DNA of 64,000 nt from positions 4,960,001 to 5,024,000 of the forward strand of contig OZ024762.1 of NCBI GenBank assembly GCA_964016885.1, written 5' to 3'. A model generated the notes under the pieces. The model did not search any database, was not told the DNA's origin, and saw nothing but the letters and a program-made list of their open reading frames with translations. The translations under genes were made by a program, and so were the position numbers. This DNA comes from Eledone cirrhosa. Its lineage: Eukaryota. Of this stretch, positions 24,431 to 38,573 are shown piece by piece; position 1 is the first letter of the stretch, and the number at the start of each line of letters is the position of its first letter.

Positions 24431-27102
24431 TGTAAGAGATCATTTTGTTCTGATACCAGAAGCCTTCAATATTGTTAATACAGTAGATGATAAAACCTTA
24501 AACCACTGAAGCAACGTGAAACAAAGTATCTTGCTCAAGGACACAACATTACAATCATGAACAGAATAACCAAACCCCTAAGCCACATCCCTCCACTTAA
24601 TAGTCCATCCAATGGCTTATTAACAGTTTCAAAGGGACTTGTAATTCGGAAGGTCAGTCTTGTTACATATTATATCATTCTGAATCTCCCTGAGAATTAC
24701 ATTAAGAGTACACATCTGTGGACTGCTCAGCCACTTATACTATAATATATTATGGATTCTACCTCTAAACAGCGAATTAGCAGAGTTGTTAGAATGTCGG
24801 ATAGAATGCCTTGCAGTATTCAGTTCAGCTCTCTGAGTTCAAATCCTGCCGAGGTCAACTTTGCCTTCCATCCACTCATGGTCGATAAAAAAAATACCAG
24901 CAGTAGTTGGAGGTTTGACCCTACGATAGACTGGCGTCCTATCTTGTACTCTCAGTCACTTAATTGTTTCTACGTTTGGCACAAGGCCAGCAATTACCCA
25001 GTGCATTACTGGTACTTTATTTTATCAACCCCGTAAAGATGAAAAAGTTAATCTCGGCGGGATTTAAACTCAGGCCGTAAAGGGCCGTAACTCTATGCTG
25101 CAAAGCGTGGCGTCCGACCCTCTAGCGATACTGCCAATGAAGGCACGTGGCTCTGTGGTTAGAGCATCCGGCTTACAATCAAGAGGTTGTGTTCATGAGC
25201 AAGACATTTTATTTCACGTTGCTCCAGTTCACTCAGCTGTGTCGGCCATTGCCTTTCCCTTGGACAACATCAGTGGAGTGGAGAGGGGGAGACTGGTATG
25301 GATGGGTGACTGCTGGTCTTCTAAAAACAACCTTGCCTGGACTTGTTCCGTGGAGGGGATCTTTCTAGGTTCAAGTCCCATGGTCATTCATGACAGAAGG
25401 GGGGTCTTTACTCTTTACTTTTTACCTTTTATACCAGGCATATGAAACTGAGGGCCGCATGTGTCGCATATGTGTTGTCTGAGGGCCACACACGACAAGT
25501 GAAGGCGCATGCATGGTTTAGTGGTTAGAGCATTGGGCTTGCAATCGAAAGGTTGCGAGTTCAATTCTCGGACCGGGTGATGTGTTGTTTCCTTGAGCAA
25601 GACACATTATTTCACGTTGCTCCAGTTTACTCAGCTGTAGAAATGAGATGATAGGGACTGGGGTCCCTATCATTAAATCACCCAAGACACTTCTGAGATA
25701 TATCTTGGAGGAGGCCAGCTAAACCTGCATAGGTGTGAGCTGTCACACACACACACACATAGGTGTGAGCTGTCACACACACACACACACACACGACAAT
25801 TGCATACATTACAACTCATTTTTTTTATTTTATATTACGAAGATAAAACCTGCTGGCGTTGTAAAAACCTTTGTGCAGGCAACAAGTGTGATTGTAAAGG
25901 GCCACGGGCTGCATGTTTGACATTATAGTATAAATATTATAATGATTCCTAGTATAGGCACAAGGCCAGTAATTTGAAGGGAGAGGGTCGATAAAATCAG
26001 CCCCAGTACATTACTGGTACTTTATTTTATCGACCCCGTAAGGATGAAAGGCAAAGTTAACCTCGGGATTTGAACTCGGACTGTAACTCTATGCTGCAAA
26101 GCATGGTGTCCGATACTGCCAATCCACTGCCTTTTATACTATAATACAAGATGGATTGTATTGTAATTGAAAGGCTTCACCTGTCACATCTTGGATCACA
26201 CTGATTTAGCTTAGCAATTATGTTATGGCTACATATGTCTGTGGAATACTCAGCCACTTACATATTAATTCACAAGCTGAACATTTGGTTGATCAACCAA
26301 CTGAATGGTCACCATCCTTTACGTCTAATTCCCATGACCACCACCACAGAAAAAAATATAAACATATAGCCACACAATGCAAAAGTCCATTATATGAACA
26401 TATGTGTGTGAAATATATATGTATAAATATATGTGTGTGTGTATATATATATATATAGGAAAATATTTTTTTTTCTCACACAAATGTAAGTTTAAAGAAA
26501 AAGAAGTTGAAAATACACTAGGAGTCTTTCAGAAAATTTATTTACATTAACTTAATCGGTTTCACAATTTAATGATTTTCAAAAGAAATATGAGATGAAA
26601 AGACATGGAGCTATGTTTTATTAAATTGATCTGTCTGTTGTATAACATCATTGTCCCAACCCTGGTTTTTATAGAACTTTGTCCAGCCCCACATGTAATG
26701 TAAACCCTATGTTTATTTTGACTTTTTTCTATATACAAGCCCTTCTGGCTAATAAAGAAATCATTATCATTGGCTGAGTCAGTAGAGCATCAAACAGAAT
26801 CCTTTGCAATAATTATTTACAGCATTTTTATAATCTGAGTTCAAATCTTGCCAAGGTCAACTTTACCTTCCATCCTTCCAGGGTTGATAAAGTACCTGTC
26901 AAATACTGGGGTTCAAGTTACATAATTTTTTTCTTTCCCCAAATTGCTAGCTTTAAAAATCATTATTATTGTTACTTGGTAGAGCGTTGGACAAATTGCT
27001 TTGTGGTATTTAATTATTTAGTAATTTCTAACTACAGAGTGTAGGCATCTTTATTATATATAGAAATCACTTCTACAGGGCGAGAACTGTTTCATTCGTA
27101 TG

Positions 27103-27141
<39 letters not shown>

Positions 27142-29234
27142 CTAAGCCCTGTATAGAGATAATATTTGTTCAGCACACAGTAGATACCTTCTCGGAAAAT
27201 TAGAATATGCACCTGAAAGTTGGTTGGCGCAAGTAATTGGAATTGAAAAGGGATGCATACAGGTATTAAATTTAAAAAATCTAACCATCCCCATTTTACA
27301 TCCACTTTCCACTTTGGCATGTGTTGGACAGGTTGTCGCAGTCCAAAACCAGACATTACAAATAAATATGGCATGGTTTCTATGGTTGGATTCCCTTCCT
27401 AACATAAACCACTTTAGAGTGTTTATTGGGTACATTAGTTTTTATACCAGTACAACCACTTCACACAGCGACATCAAACACTTTTTATTAGAATATTGTT
27501 CTGATAAAAACCTGATGTCTCTAAATTTGAGAAAATTTGAGGAATTTTGTCACAGTAAGGACATTAAATACTTTTTGTTAAAAATATATATAGTTCTCGT
27601 CAAAGGGATAAAACTAAAAAGCCCAGCAGAGGGCACAAATAGATTACTACAGCAGTCTCTGCTGTGGGGGTCGGTGAAATTGCCCCCCATTAAATCTAGT
27701 CCTGCCTTACAGTATATAATGGAAGAAGGGAAACAGATTTTAGTATATTTTCTTTTATATCTGTTATTTTAAATACCTTACATAGTATATATGTGAATCA
27801 CAGCTCTATTTTATATATACCTTTCTTGGCTTGCTTCTTCACTCATGTATAAATCACTGACAATGTTTAGCCATCTTGCTCACATGTTCAATCCAATCCA
27901 ATTGAGGGCCTTCTCATTCCTGCTGGAAAAACCCCTCCCTGGTTGACCTCCACTGCTTTCTGTTAGGTTTTAGTCATGTCTGGGTTGTAACCGTACTCAC
28001 CATGCTTGGCCAATTGCAGGTTGGTGAGGTTATTTAACCCATACTTGGGGAAGATGGCCTTTGACTCTGGGGGGTTCATCTGCCCCTTTAACAGCTCTTG
28101 TTTTTTTTTTTGTGTTGGTTTAGTCGCCAACCACTCGACTATGAAGCAGGTTGTACTAGATTACATCTTACCAGTAGCAGGTGGAAGCCTGACCTGACTA
28201 AAATATACTTCAAAATTATCATTACAATATTCAAACATATTTCCCCCATAATATATCTTATAAAACCTCATGTAAACAAATCTATTTTAATGAACAGCTA
28301 ATTCTGTGTTAATTATTTAACTCTTTAAATCCTGTACGACATTAAACCGCATTTGTAAAGATACTATAAACATTTGAATTAACAAACCACATTAGCAAGA
28401 TATTCTTGTAAAATTCAAAATGCACTATGATTGCATCACATTAAAAAAATAAAGTCTTTACTCTAATATTGCAAAGTTTTACAATAATCTGTCCACTGGT
28501 AAAGATACTATCAACATTTGAATTAACAAACCATATAAGCCAGGCATTCTTGAAAATTGCAAAAATTACAGTCTTTACTTTAGTATACTACAAATTTTCA
28601 CAACAATCTGTCCACTAGTAAAGATACTATAAACATTTGAATTAATAAATCTGACATTCTTGAAAATTGCAAAAATTACAGTCTTTAATTTACTACATAT
28701 TTTCACAAAAATCTGACCACTAGTAATGATACTATCAATATTTGAATTAACAAACCATATAAACCAGGCAATTCTTAAAAATTACAAAAATTACAGTCTT
28801 TACTACAAATTTTCATAACCTGTCCACTAGTAAAAATACTATGAACATTTAACCCTTTAGCATTTACATTACTCAATATTTACTATTGTATTTTCATGGT
28901 AAACACTTTATCTCACATAATATCGAAACTATGAGATTTTAATATTATATATTTTGAGAACAATAACTTAACGTTACTATGAGCAGCTGGTTTGGATAGA
29001 AAGAGGTGAGAGAATTCTGGCCGGTTTAAATGCTAAAAGGTTAAATTAACAACCCCTTGAAACCATATTTAGATATTTTCTCCTAAATCATTAGATGATG
29101 TTAGGGTTTATAATACACTTTAAGGCTAACATCACACACAGGGTTAAATAGCTGCTGTTAATATTTACAATGTCATATCTGGTTTTTATGTTGTATATAT
29201 TTGTGGTGGAAAGCTGCAACTTATACGTGAATAT

Positions 29235-29985
29235 ATGCATATATACTGTATATATGAATATATACAGTATATATGAATATATACTGTATATATTGATATA
29301 TACTGTATATATTGATATATACTGTATATATTGATATATACTGTATATATTGATATATACTGTATATATTGATATATACTGTATATATGAATATATACTG
29401 TATATATTGATATATACTGTATATATTGATATATACTGTATATATTGATATATACTCTACATATCAATATATACACTATGCACCTATATATAGAGTACAT
29501 ATGAATATACAGTATACATCAATATATACACTATACATCTATATAGAGAGTATATATGAATATATACGCTATACATCAATATATACTGTATATATCAATA
29601 TATACTGTATACATCAACATATACATTATACATCAATATATACTGTATACATCAATATATACAATATACATCAATGTATACAATATACATCAATATATAC
29701 TGTATACATCAATATATACATTATACATCAATATATACTGTATACATCAATATATACTGTATAAATCAATATATACAATATACATCAATATATACTGTAT
29801 AAATCAATATATACAATATACATTATAGATACATACTGTATACATCAATATATACAGTATACAATATATATAAATATATACACTAAACATCAATATATAC
29901 TGTATACATCAATATATACCCTATACATCAATATATACACTATACATCAATATATACACTATACATCAATATATACAGTATATAT
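29235..29985. repeat. AT-rich short-unit satellite (about 20-bp TATACTGTATATATTGATAT-type units), switching orientation mid-array
   Basis: ATTGATATATACTG units give way to CATCAATATATACTG units around 29460. Confidence 0.85.
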
Positions 29986-30587
29986 GATATTTAATTAAAG
30001 AAAATGATAATTTTTTTACAGTGTTTTTTGTTGTGTTTTTTCTTAACTTTAACATTAACCTTAATCTTCTTCTTGGGTGTCATTAACAAAGACCAGTCAG
30101 TCACAAATATCTGGACCAGTCCCCTACTTTAACCCTTTACCATTTACATTACTCTATATTTACTATTATTATAATCTATGAGATTTTGATATTATTTATT
30201 TTGAGAACAATACCTTAACATCAGTATGAGTGGCCAGTTACAGCCGGTTTAAATGCTAAAGGGTTAAGGATAACTTTCCCTGTTCTAAGTTTAATGGATG
30301 GTAAACTTAAACCATTGGCCAGTTCAAAACTATTTCCTGATCCTTGGATGTTGTTAGCCGAGATCATTTGGTCATAAATATTTGGACCAGTTTTCCAATC
30401 AAAGGATAACTTTCTCCCTTCCTACCACATGTCTCAGAAGCCCTGAAAAAAGGGGACCATAGGTGCTGCCATTCTCTCCCTGACTAAAAACAGTTTTAAA
30501 AAAGCACAATTTGGTTTATATTCTCTTTTGAAAAAAAAAAACAATGAAAAGGAAGAAAATTAAATAAGGAAAGGGGAGAGAGAGCAG

Positions 30588-30828
30588 TAGACCCTACACC
30601 CAGTCTAGGTGGTATATCTCAGCTGTGAGTGAAAGACCCTACACCCCAGTCTATGTGGTATATCTCAGCTGTGAGTGACAGACACTACACCCTAGTCTAG
30701 GTGGTATATCTCAGCTGTGAGTGACAGACCCTACACCCTAGTCTAGGTGGTATATCTCAGCTGTGAGTGACAGACACTACACCCTAGTCTAGGTGGTATA
30801 TCTCGGCTGTGGTAGGGAGTGACAGACT
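30588..30828. repeat. About 46-bp minisatellite, 5 copies
   Basis: ACCCTACACCCTAGTCTAGGTGGTATATCTCAGCTGTGAGTGACAG units. Confidence 0.9.
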
Positions 30829-32881
30829 AATAGTCATCTATTCAATTTGATATATATTATTTTTTTCTGTAAAAAAAAAAAAAAGATTTGTTTTGTTCCT
30901 AATCAAATGCAAGCGAGCCAACTGCTAAGTCATGAGCAGGAGAAGTAGAGTGTATTGACTGTCTGATAAATGTATGATGAATGCTCCATTGGTTTTAACT
31001 CAGTTGTTCAGTCAACTGAATGTTCAACTTGTGAATGTTAAGTGGTTGAGTAATCCACTCCCAAACTAAATCGGTGATACAATATGTGGCAGGGCTGGAC
31101 GTTTGAATTACAGGTTCAGTCCATCTGACAGGCTTCCATATAGTTCCTGTCTACCTAATTTTACTCAAAGCTTGGGTCAGCCAAAGACTATGGTAAAGAT
31201 GCCCAAGATGACATGCAATGGTATAAAACCAGGGCCTTGTAATTGAGAAGCAAGTTTGTTACCCTCTCAACTTTGCCCGTGTCCACTAACTGATGTATGG
31301 CAAAATAATACTGTCATGGTGTCCACCACCAGCTCAAGCCACCTAGCTGAGAAACAGGTATCAGTTCAGGCCACCTAGCCATGAAACTGGTACCTCCAGA
31401 GTGTCCGCCAACAGCTCAAGCCACCTAGCTGTGAAACAGGTACACCATGGAAAAATAACAGTAACAGCAATGTTAAATTTATCTTCTTTAACCCCAGGTC
31501 ACCTATACCCAAGCAGACCTAGTTCTAGATTTAGGCATTAGCCAAAGGAACTCCAGCTTGCAACCCTTAACAAAAATTACAAGTATCTTTATATATATAT
31601 ATATATATATACTATATTTCACACAGCTGGGGGAAATGATTTTCAACGTCACAGTTGCCAAGCTGTATCAGCTTTTCCCCTTTCCTTCGACTACATCATA
31701 TATACATATATTGTGTATATATAGAATTACATCTACACTGGTGCCAGTTTATATCAACCATTGCCTTTCCCTTGGACAACATCTATAGCATGGAGAGAGG
31801 AGACTGGTATGCAAACACGTGAGCAAAACGTAGTCATATGATGGGTCTAACCCCAGAACATGCCAACCTGTCCAACCCATGAGCAAGACAGTCATATGAT
31901 GGGTCTAACCCCAGAACATGCCAACCTGTCCAACCCATGCAAGTGTATAAACAATGGTGATGATGATGATAATGTCTCTTTTCAGTTTTTTTCACAAAAT
32001 GTCTCAAAGCTTTATTTAGCTTAGGACTTCATTATCTAGATGACAAATAAAACAAAACAAAGTAATGTTTTTATTTAGTATATTTCAACATGATATTTCA
32101 GGGCTAATACCCTCTTTTCAAATGTAAAAAACAAAGACGGTTCAAAAGAGACAGTTAACCCCTTGGTCTAGTGTTTATGAAATAAACTTTGTTAACCCTT
32201 TTGTCTAGTGTTTATGAAACAAATTTAGTTAACCCCTTGGTCCAGTTTTTATGAAGTAAACCCAGTTGACCCTTTAGTTCAGTGTTTATGAAGTAAACCT
32301 TGTTAACCGCTTGATCCAATGTTTATAAAGTAAACCCAATTAACCCTTTAGTCCAGTGTTTATGAAACAAACCTTGTTAACCCATCGGACAACATGCTTT
32401 TTGACATAAAGTTATATCCCTTTACATTCTGAGTTCAAATCGTGCCGAGGTTAACTTTGTCTTTCATCTTTATAGGCTCGATAAAATAAAGTACCAGTAA
32501 CGCACTGGTGTCGATTTAATTGACTTTCTCCTTCCCCAAAAATATTACTGGGCTTGTGTTTAAATTAGAAACCATTATTTCTCCAAATTAAGTCACTTTT
32601 TTTTTTAGTAATAACACCCAATGGCAAGAAACTCCTAGGAGAGCTGGACAGCAGAAGGCCTTTAGGGAAGAGATTCTCACCCAATGCCCTTAATTTCTAA
32701 CCCCATCTTTTAGCAATAATAATGAAACATCTGTTTGTATTTCGTGGTTCACTTGGCAATAAAAATGAGACCATATTTCATGGTTCACCTCACTTGGCAA
32801 TAAAAATGAAAGACCATATTTCATGGTTCACCTCACTTGGTAAATGAATTAGGTCTGAGATCATGTCAATTCAGACAATAT

Positions 32882-33083
32882 ATGAGGGCCAGCTGAAAAG
32901 TACATAGACTGACCAAGATACTCTCATGGAAGGACCAAATGAGGTTTATTTTTTCAACATAGTCTCTGGAAAGAAACAATGCAGTTATTAATAAGTGTAG
33001 CTGAAATTAATGCATGCAAGATTTCACAGCTCTAGCATCACTACTTTATAGTCATCCTATGAACTTTTCAGCTGATCCTTGTA
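32882..33083. mobile_element. mariner-derived MITE (related copies 41256-41585 and 44700-44893)
   Basis: TIR TAYGAGGGYCAGCTGAAAAGTTCATAG / CTATGAACTTTTCAGCTGATCCTTGTA, TA-flanked. Confidence 0.7.
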
Positions 33084-34929
33084 TATCATATTTTAAACCT
33101 TATATACCCGTTGTCCCTGGTTATCTTCCCTTAGTAAGGGAATGAATTTAGATTTTAGTTTTATTTAATATAACTGAAAAAGGAAATATGTTTGTATTTA
33201 AAGTTAATAAAATCATTTAGAAGCTGATGACTTTAATGAATTTTTATTCAAGAAATAAACATTGCTTTTTTGTTTGTTGTTTGTTTGTGGTGGTGGTGGC
33301 ACTTGTAATGTTGGGATCAAACAAAGGACTTCAGCTGTATCAAAGACATGACAACCACCCTAGTGCTGGTGCCCGATGGAATGTACCAGACACACCTTGT
33401 ACAGAGTGAGAGAATTATATATCATCATCATCATTTAACGTCTATCTTCCATGCTAGTATGGGTTAGACGGGAATTGTCCCACGTGAAGCAAGATTGGTC
33501 AGGTGCCCGTGTCTCGCTCATATAGGACTGTATCTGGCAGGTTTTCTACGGTTGGATGCCCTTCCTAACACCAACCATATTTACAGTGTGGAGTGGGAGC
33601 TGTTTACCGTGTCCCCCCTATACAACCACTTTACAGCGTCGACCGGGTGCTTTTTGTTGTGACACCTACACAACCTCTTTAGTTTAGACTGGATATTGTG
33701 TGGTACCAACATAACTTTACAGAGAAAGGGTGGGGTGTGTGGGAGTGGGAGGATGGAGTAGAGGTAGTGGGTTGGGGTGTATATTTGGTTAAGAGGTGCC
33801 TACTGACTGTAGGTTTAACTTTGTACGTAAGGGAAGGTGGGTCTTCTGTATTACTGTGTAGCGCCAAAGGTCTCGAGCCAGTGACATTGTCTTAGAGAGG
33901 TGAAAGTGTGCAAGGTCAGATTTTATCATGTTATCCCAGGTTTTTCTGGGTCTACCTACTCCGTAGCCTCCAATATATATATATAGAAGTAGAATGTTGC
34001 ACAGTTGAATGTTGTTAAATGGATGTGTCAATGGGTTGAATTGGTTTATGTTGGTTGTTGTTCATTTGAGCATGGCAGAGGTTGTAGTAGTTTGTGTTGT
34101 TTTGTTGGGTGATTATGCATCAGGTAAAAATTGTCCTATATATAAGTGCAATGTGAAATACTAATGAATGAACAAATAAAACATGATTACTACTAAAATA
34201 TATTTATTAAGTTAATAGCCTGCTATGGGGCTATTGTTAATATTGTAATGAAAACAAGGCTTAAGTTGTTATGATGTATGTATGTGTGCAATGATTCAAA
34301 AGACAGTATTTACCGTTTATGTAATGAGATGATAGTCATTTGTCTGGCAGTGAGAGAGACCAAGAGCTAAAGACCTACAAGGGTCTTTGTGATATAGTGG
34401 CTACATCTTAACTGGTTAAAATAATTTCCGCAACTACCGTTGACTTCAATAGCTGTTCTTTTTATCGGAATTGCTCATCAGTCTCCAGAACTTGAGAATA
34501 GGCAGATGCCAATTTTTATGTCAAAATTGTAGAAACTTATTTATGAGGCAACACAACGTCAAGTCTTTGGCGACCAGTTGATAGACCAAATGAAACCTTA
34601 TTGAAGAGAGTTTCAAATTACTGCTACATATAAACACACAGACATGTATATATATATATATATGTGTGTGTGTACATGCAAATACACACACATATGCATG
34701 TATACACATGTTCAATCAAAATATAAAATGATTATCTCCCTTTCTAAACCTCTCTAAGATACTCACCAGCATTTCTACAAAATGGCTGACTGAATACACA
34801 GGTAATTTTTTTCCCATTCCTTCTTCTTGCTCTCTATCTCCCTAATTCATCTTTTTTCTCTCTCATATCAGATGAAGGACTGATGTCTGAAACTTATGTA
34901 CTATGTTGTTTGCTTTGTTGTTTCCATTT

Positions 34930-34985
<56 letters not shown>

Positions 34986-34989
<4 letters not shown>

Positions 34990-35526
34990 AATGGGCTTCA
35001 AAAAGTTCGGGGAAAAAGGACAGTTGGAAAAAACGGTTTAAGTTATGATGTTTATTTTTCAACACATGCTCCATCTAGGTCAATACACTTCAGCAAGTTG
35101 ATACCAGCCTTTAAATCCATCTGTGTAAATCTGAGGGCCATGCGATTTAAACCATGTCAAAGCAGCTTTTTTTACATCTTCAACTGGGGCTCATCTTCAA
35201 CCTCATCTCTTCCACTTCTAACACGACTTATCCATTTGTAGGGTGTTGATTTATTTTGGGGCATTGTCCCCATAAACTTTCTCCAGAGCGTCAATGATTT
35301 GGCCGCTCTGCCACCCTAGCTTCATGAATTTGATGAAGGCCATGTTGCTTGAGTGGGTGCTGACTTCCGACTGGTGGTACCGTGTTGCAACATGCATTTC
35401 AAGGCTCATGTTAGAACAAGTTATGACACGTTAGTACGAGAATGTTCAGGTGCATTGAGATCAAAATCCCTTTATATGATTTTTAGTTAAGTACTTTTTC
35501 CACGGATTTTTTGAAGCCTCCTTGCA
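34986..35526. mobile_element. Internally deleted mariner element inserted in (TA)n
   Basis: Degenerate TIRs GGCTTCAAAAAGTTCGGGGAAAA / TTTTCCACGGATTTTTTGAAGCC, flanked by TA runs. Confidence 0.6.
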
Positions 35527-35528
35527 TG

Positions 35529-35595
<67 letters not shown>

Positions 35596-35780
35596 GTTAT
35601 TCCGGGTTGAATCGGAGGTAACCACAGTAAGTAAGGTACTCAATACATTGCAGAGTATAAAAGTTTTAATATAGATGAGATTCTACAGGACTAGAACTGT
35701 TTCATTCTTTAGATTCTTGAGATTCCTGATGATTTCTAAAGAATGAAACAGTTCTAGTCCTGTAGAATCTCATCTATATT

Positions 35781-35817
<37 letters not shown>

Positions 35818-35935
35818 TAGCATGGAAAATGGATATCAAACGATGATGATGATGATATATATATGTACTAGTAGTTTAGTAGATTCATGGTTTACTGAGG
35901 AAGGTACTGAAATCTGCACTCTAAACTAAGGCAGA

Positions 35936-35975
<40 letters not shown>

Positions 35976-36684
35976 TTTTGTGCTAAACAGCTGAAGTATA
36001 TAACAAAACCATATTTATATATATATCATCATTATCATTTAACGTCCACTTTCCCTGTTAGCAAGGGTTAAACAGGTCTTAGCAGACTAAGTATGTACTG
36101 AAGCGGGGTTACTGACTTCCCAGACAAACCAGGGGTTCACATCTTGCTTACATGCAATACCACGGTCTACTGAGTGCATTTTAACGTTGTACCATCACAA
36201 AAGAGGTTTTCATGACTTTGAAACAACTGAAGACTCCTTCCAACCCTTTGTTTAGCAAGCTTTCTGCAGATTACAGCATGTACTGGGTGCATTTATCATG
36301 TAGATTACCAACACTAGGGAGGCTATCATGTCTTAGACACAACGGAGAGGTTTTCCCAACACTTTGTTTGCCAAATTGTCTATGGCTGGATGCCTTTCTT
36401 ATAACTAACCACTTTACTGAGTGTACTGGGAACTTGGTTTCTATGGCTGGATACTCTTCCTAACACCAACCACTTTCCAACATGCACGGGTCATGCTTAT
36501 CATATGGAGCACCAAGACTAGGGAGCTTGTCAAGTCTTTGACACAACTGAAGGGTCCTCCCAACTCTTTGTTTGACAAGTTTTCTATGGCTGGATACCCC
36601 CCTTCCTATCACCAGAAGTAGCTGATGCTGCAGAAATGTGTATATAAATTTACACATTTTAGTATATAGAATTGTCTACAAACT

Positions 36685-36845
36685 AGAAAGGACATACAAT
36701 CATGTTCCATGGGACCTGCTGTGGAAGATCCTGCAAGAGTATGGGATGATGGACAGCTTCTTGTTGCCCTGATGTCTCTATAGGAATACTTGAGTATTTG
36801 TATTCAGATAAATGGTGCTAAATTGAAACTATTCATTGTGGAGTT
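36685..36845 (+). mobile_element. RTE-like reverse transcriptase fragment
   Basis: Translates (with frameshift) to YNHVPWDLLWKILQEYG...QLLVALMSL...INGAK...VGVGL, the RT segment after the D.xKAYD motif. Confidence 0.55.
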
Positions 36846-38048
36846 GGACTCAAGAGGTTTCAAGACTTTTATCACAGACATTTATTTAACTCAGATCAAC
36901 ACTAAATTCTAATCTCCCTCAAAGTAGGATCCGCCAACTTTAATGCACTTATTGGAGCACTCCGGCCAATTTTGGAAGACATCCTTGTAGTCCTCCAAAG
37001 TGAAGGTGTCAAGGGCGCTTGTCACATCCTCCTTCATCTCCTCCAGATCCTCAAAGTGAATACACCTGAGCTTCTCCTTCAGAGGACAGTCCTGATCTCC
37101 ATATCAGCCAAGTAGTTGGTCACCAGGGTGGATTTGTGGCAGAGGGCATAACCCTGGTGCAGGTGTCACTGACCAGACTTGAAGAGTTCTGGTCTGTTGC
37201 GATGAAATCTCTTTCTGAACTGCCTCAAAACCTCTAAATCTACATGATACTCTTTGTTGACTGTCTGACCGTAGGAGACCCAGTGGTTGTAGATGATGCC
37301 TTACTGCTTTACCTGGCTTCTTGGGTCTTGGGCGAGTCAGAATGTTTCCACTGGACACTCTGTCTCTTGGTTTCTGAATCATAACAGTAGACCCAGCTCT
37401 CGTCACAGGTTACCAGAGACTCAAGGACACTTGGATTCAAAGTGATCCACTCCACCACCTCCCTGCTGTCATCAATGCACTTCTGCAATTGAGCCCACTG
37501 GGAACAAACTTTGCGTATGTTCAGATTGTCATGTATGACTCTGTGCACAATGTCCTCAGCCACTTAAAATTGCTTAGCAATTGTCACAATTGTCCTTGTT
37601 CAAAAATTTGTCAACCAACTTTGGTGTCCTGATGTCACTCTCCCTGCCACACCTCTCGTTGTCTCCTCACCTGCACCCTGCCCTCCTGAAACCTCTTGTG
37701 CCACCGGAAAACAGTCAACCAGCTCATGAAAGTTAATCTGTAAGCAGTTTTGACCATTCCATAGGTTTCTGCAGCGTGTTTGCCAAGCTTGACACAAAAC
37801 TTTATTGCATATCGAGCCTCCAAGTTGTCCTTATGTCCTAACTGCATTTTGGACAGCTGTGACAAGACATGATTGACAGGTACTATTTAAAGTGCTGTAG
37901 CAGCCCGAACGTTTAACCTGGAAAAAAAATTATTTGGGCATGTTAACTTATTATAACCTTATAAGAGATGTGTTAGAGTGACAGTTACATAGGTCAATTA
38001 AAAATGCTAAAAAGAAAAAGTCTCAAAACTTCTTGAATCTACCTTTTA
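36845..38048 (-). mobile_element. Decayed mariner (SETMAR/Mos1-like) transposon
   Basis: Minus-strand fragments RYAIKFCVKLGKHAAETY...VFRWHKRFQEGR, KVCSQW and VTCDESWVYCYDSETKRQSVQWKH; degenerate TIRs GATTCAAGAAGTTTTGAGACTTT at both ends. Confidence 0.8.
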
Positions 38049-38573
38049 TATGTGTCTATATATTAATTTCAACAATGTCAGTATTCCGTGTGTCATAATT
38101 CTCGATTATCATTGGTTCGTAGGTTTCAAACGACTCCACCCACCTCAACGACACCAAACTTAAACTAATATGCATAATGCCAATGAGGGAGTGAGAGGGG
38201 AGAGTAAGAAACAGAGAGGCAAAGTGAATGCTGTGTTGGATACACTGTATATGTGTCAATGTAGAGACATGTGTGTGGAAATAAGAGGGGAAGGAAAGCA
38301 ATAACTATTAACATGTGTGCGTGTGTACGTACGTGCGCGTATGTTTATGTGTGTGCGTGCAGCGTTCCACAGAAAGTAAAAACTATCAAGATGTGTGCGT
38401 GTGTGTAAGTGCACGGGTGCGTATGTAAGTTTGCGTGCATCGCTTCTGATTGCGGTGGTAATAAAACCTCATCATATGCTGAGTCTGGCAAAAAGGTTGG
38501 ATCCTATGGCCGGCCAGGGCTAGAGTAATATTGAAAAACGATTCTATTTTCGAAGTAGAAGGATCCGCCATTT

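Noticed and set aside
27224-27772. 182-aa ORF
   Set aside because: Crosses SINE-tail sequence, has no recognisable domain or splice support.
34415-34500. Minus-strand CUGAUGA-GCAAUU...AGUUGC-GGAAA hammerhead-like core with a good stem II
   Set aside because: Extra G before GAAA and no consistent stem I/III or UH site in type I or III topology; at most a decayed remnant.
38520-38545. GAGTAA...AAAAACGATTC resemblance to U12 snRNA
   Set aside because: Lacks the GUAAGGA branch-site pairing sequence and the rest of the U12 structure.
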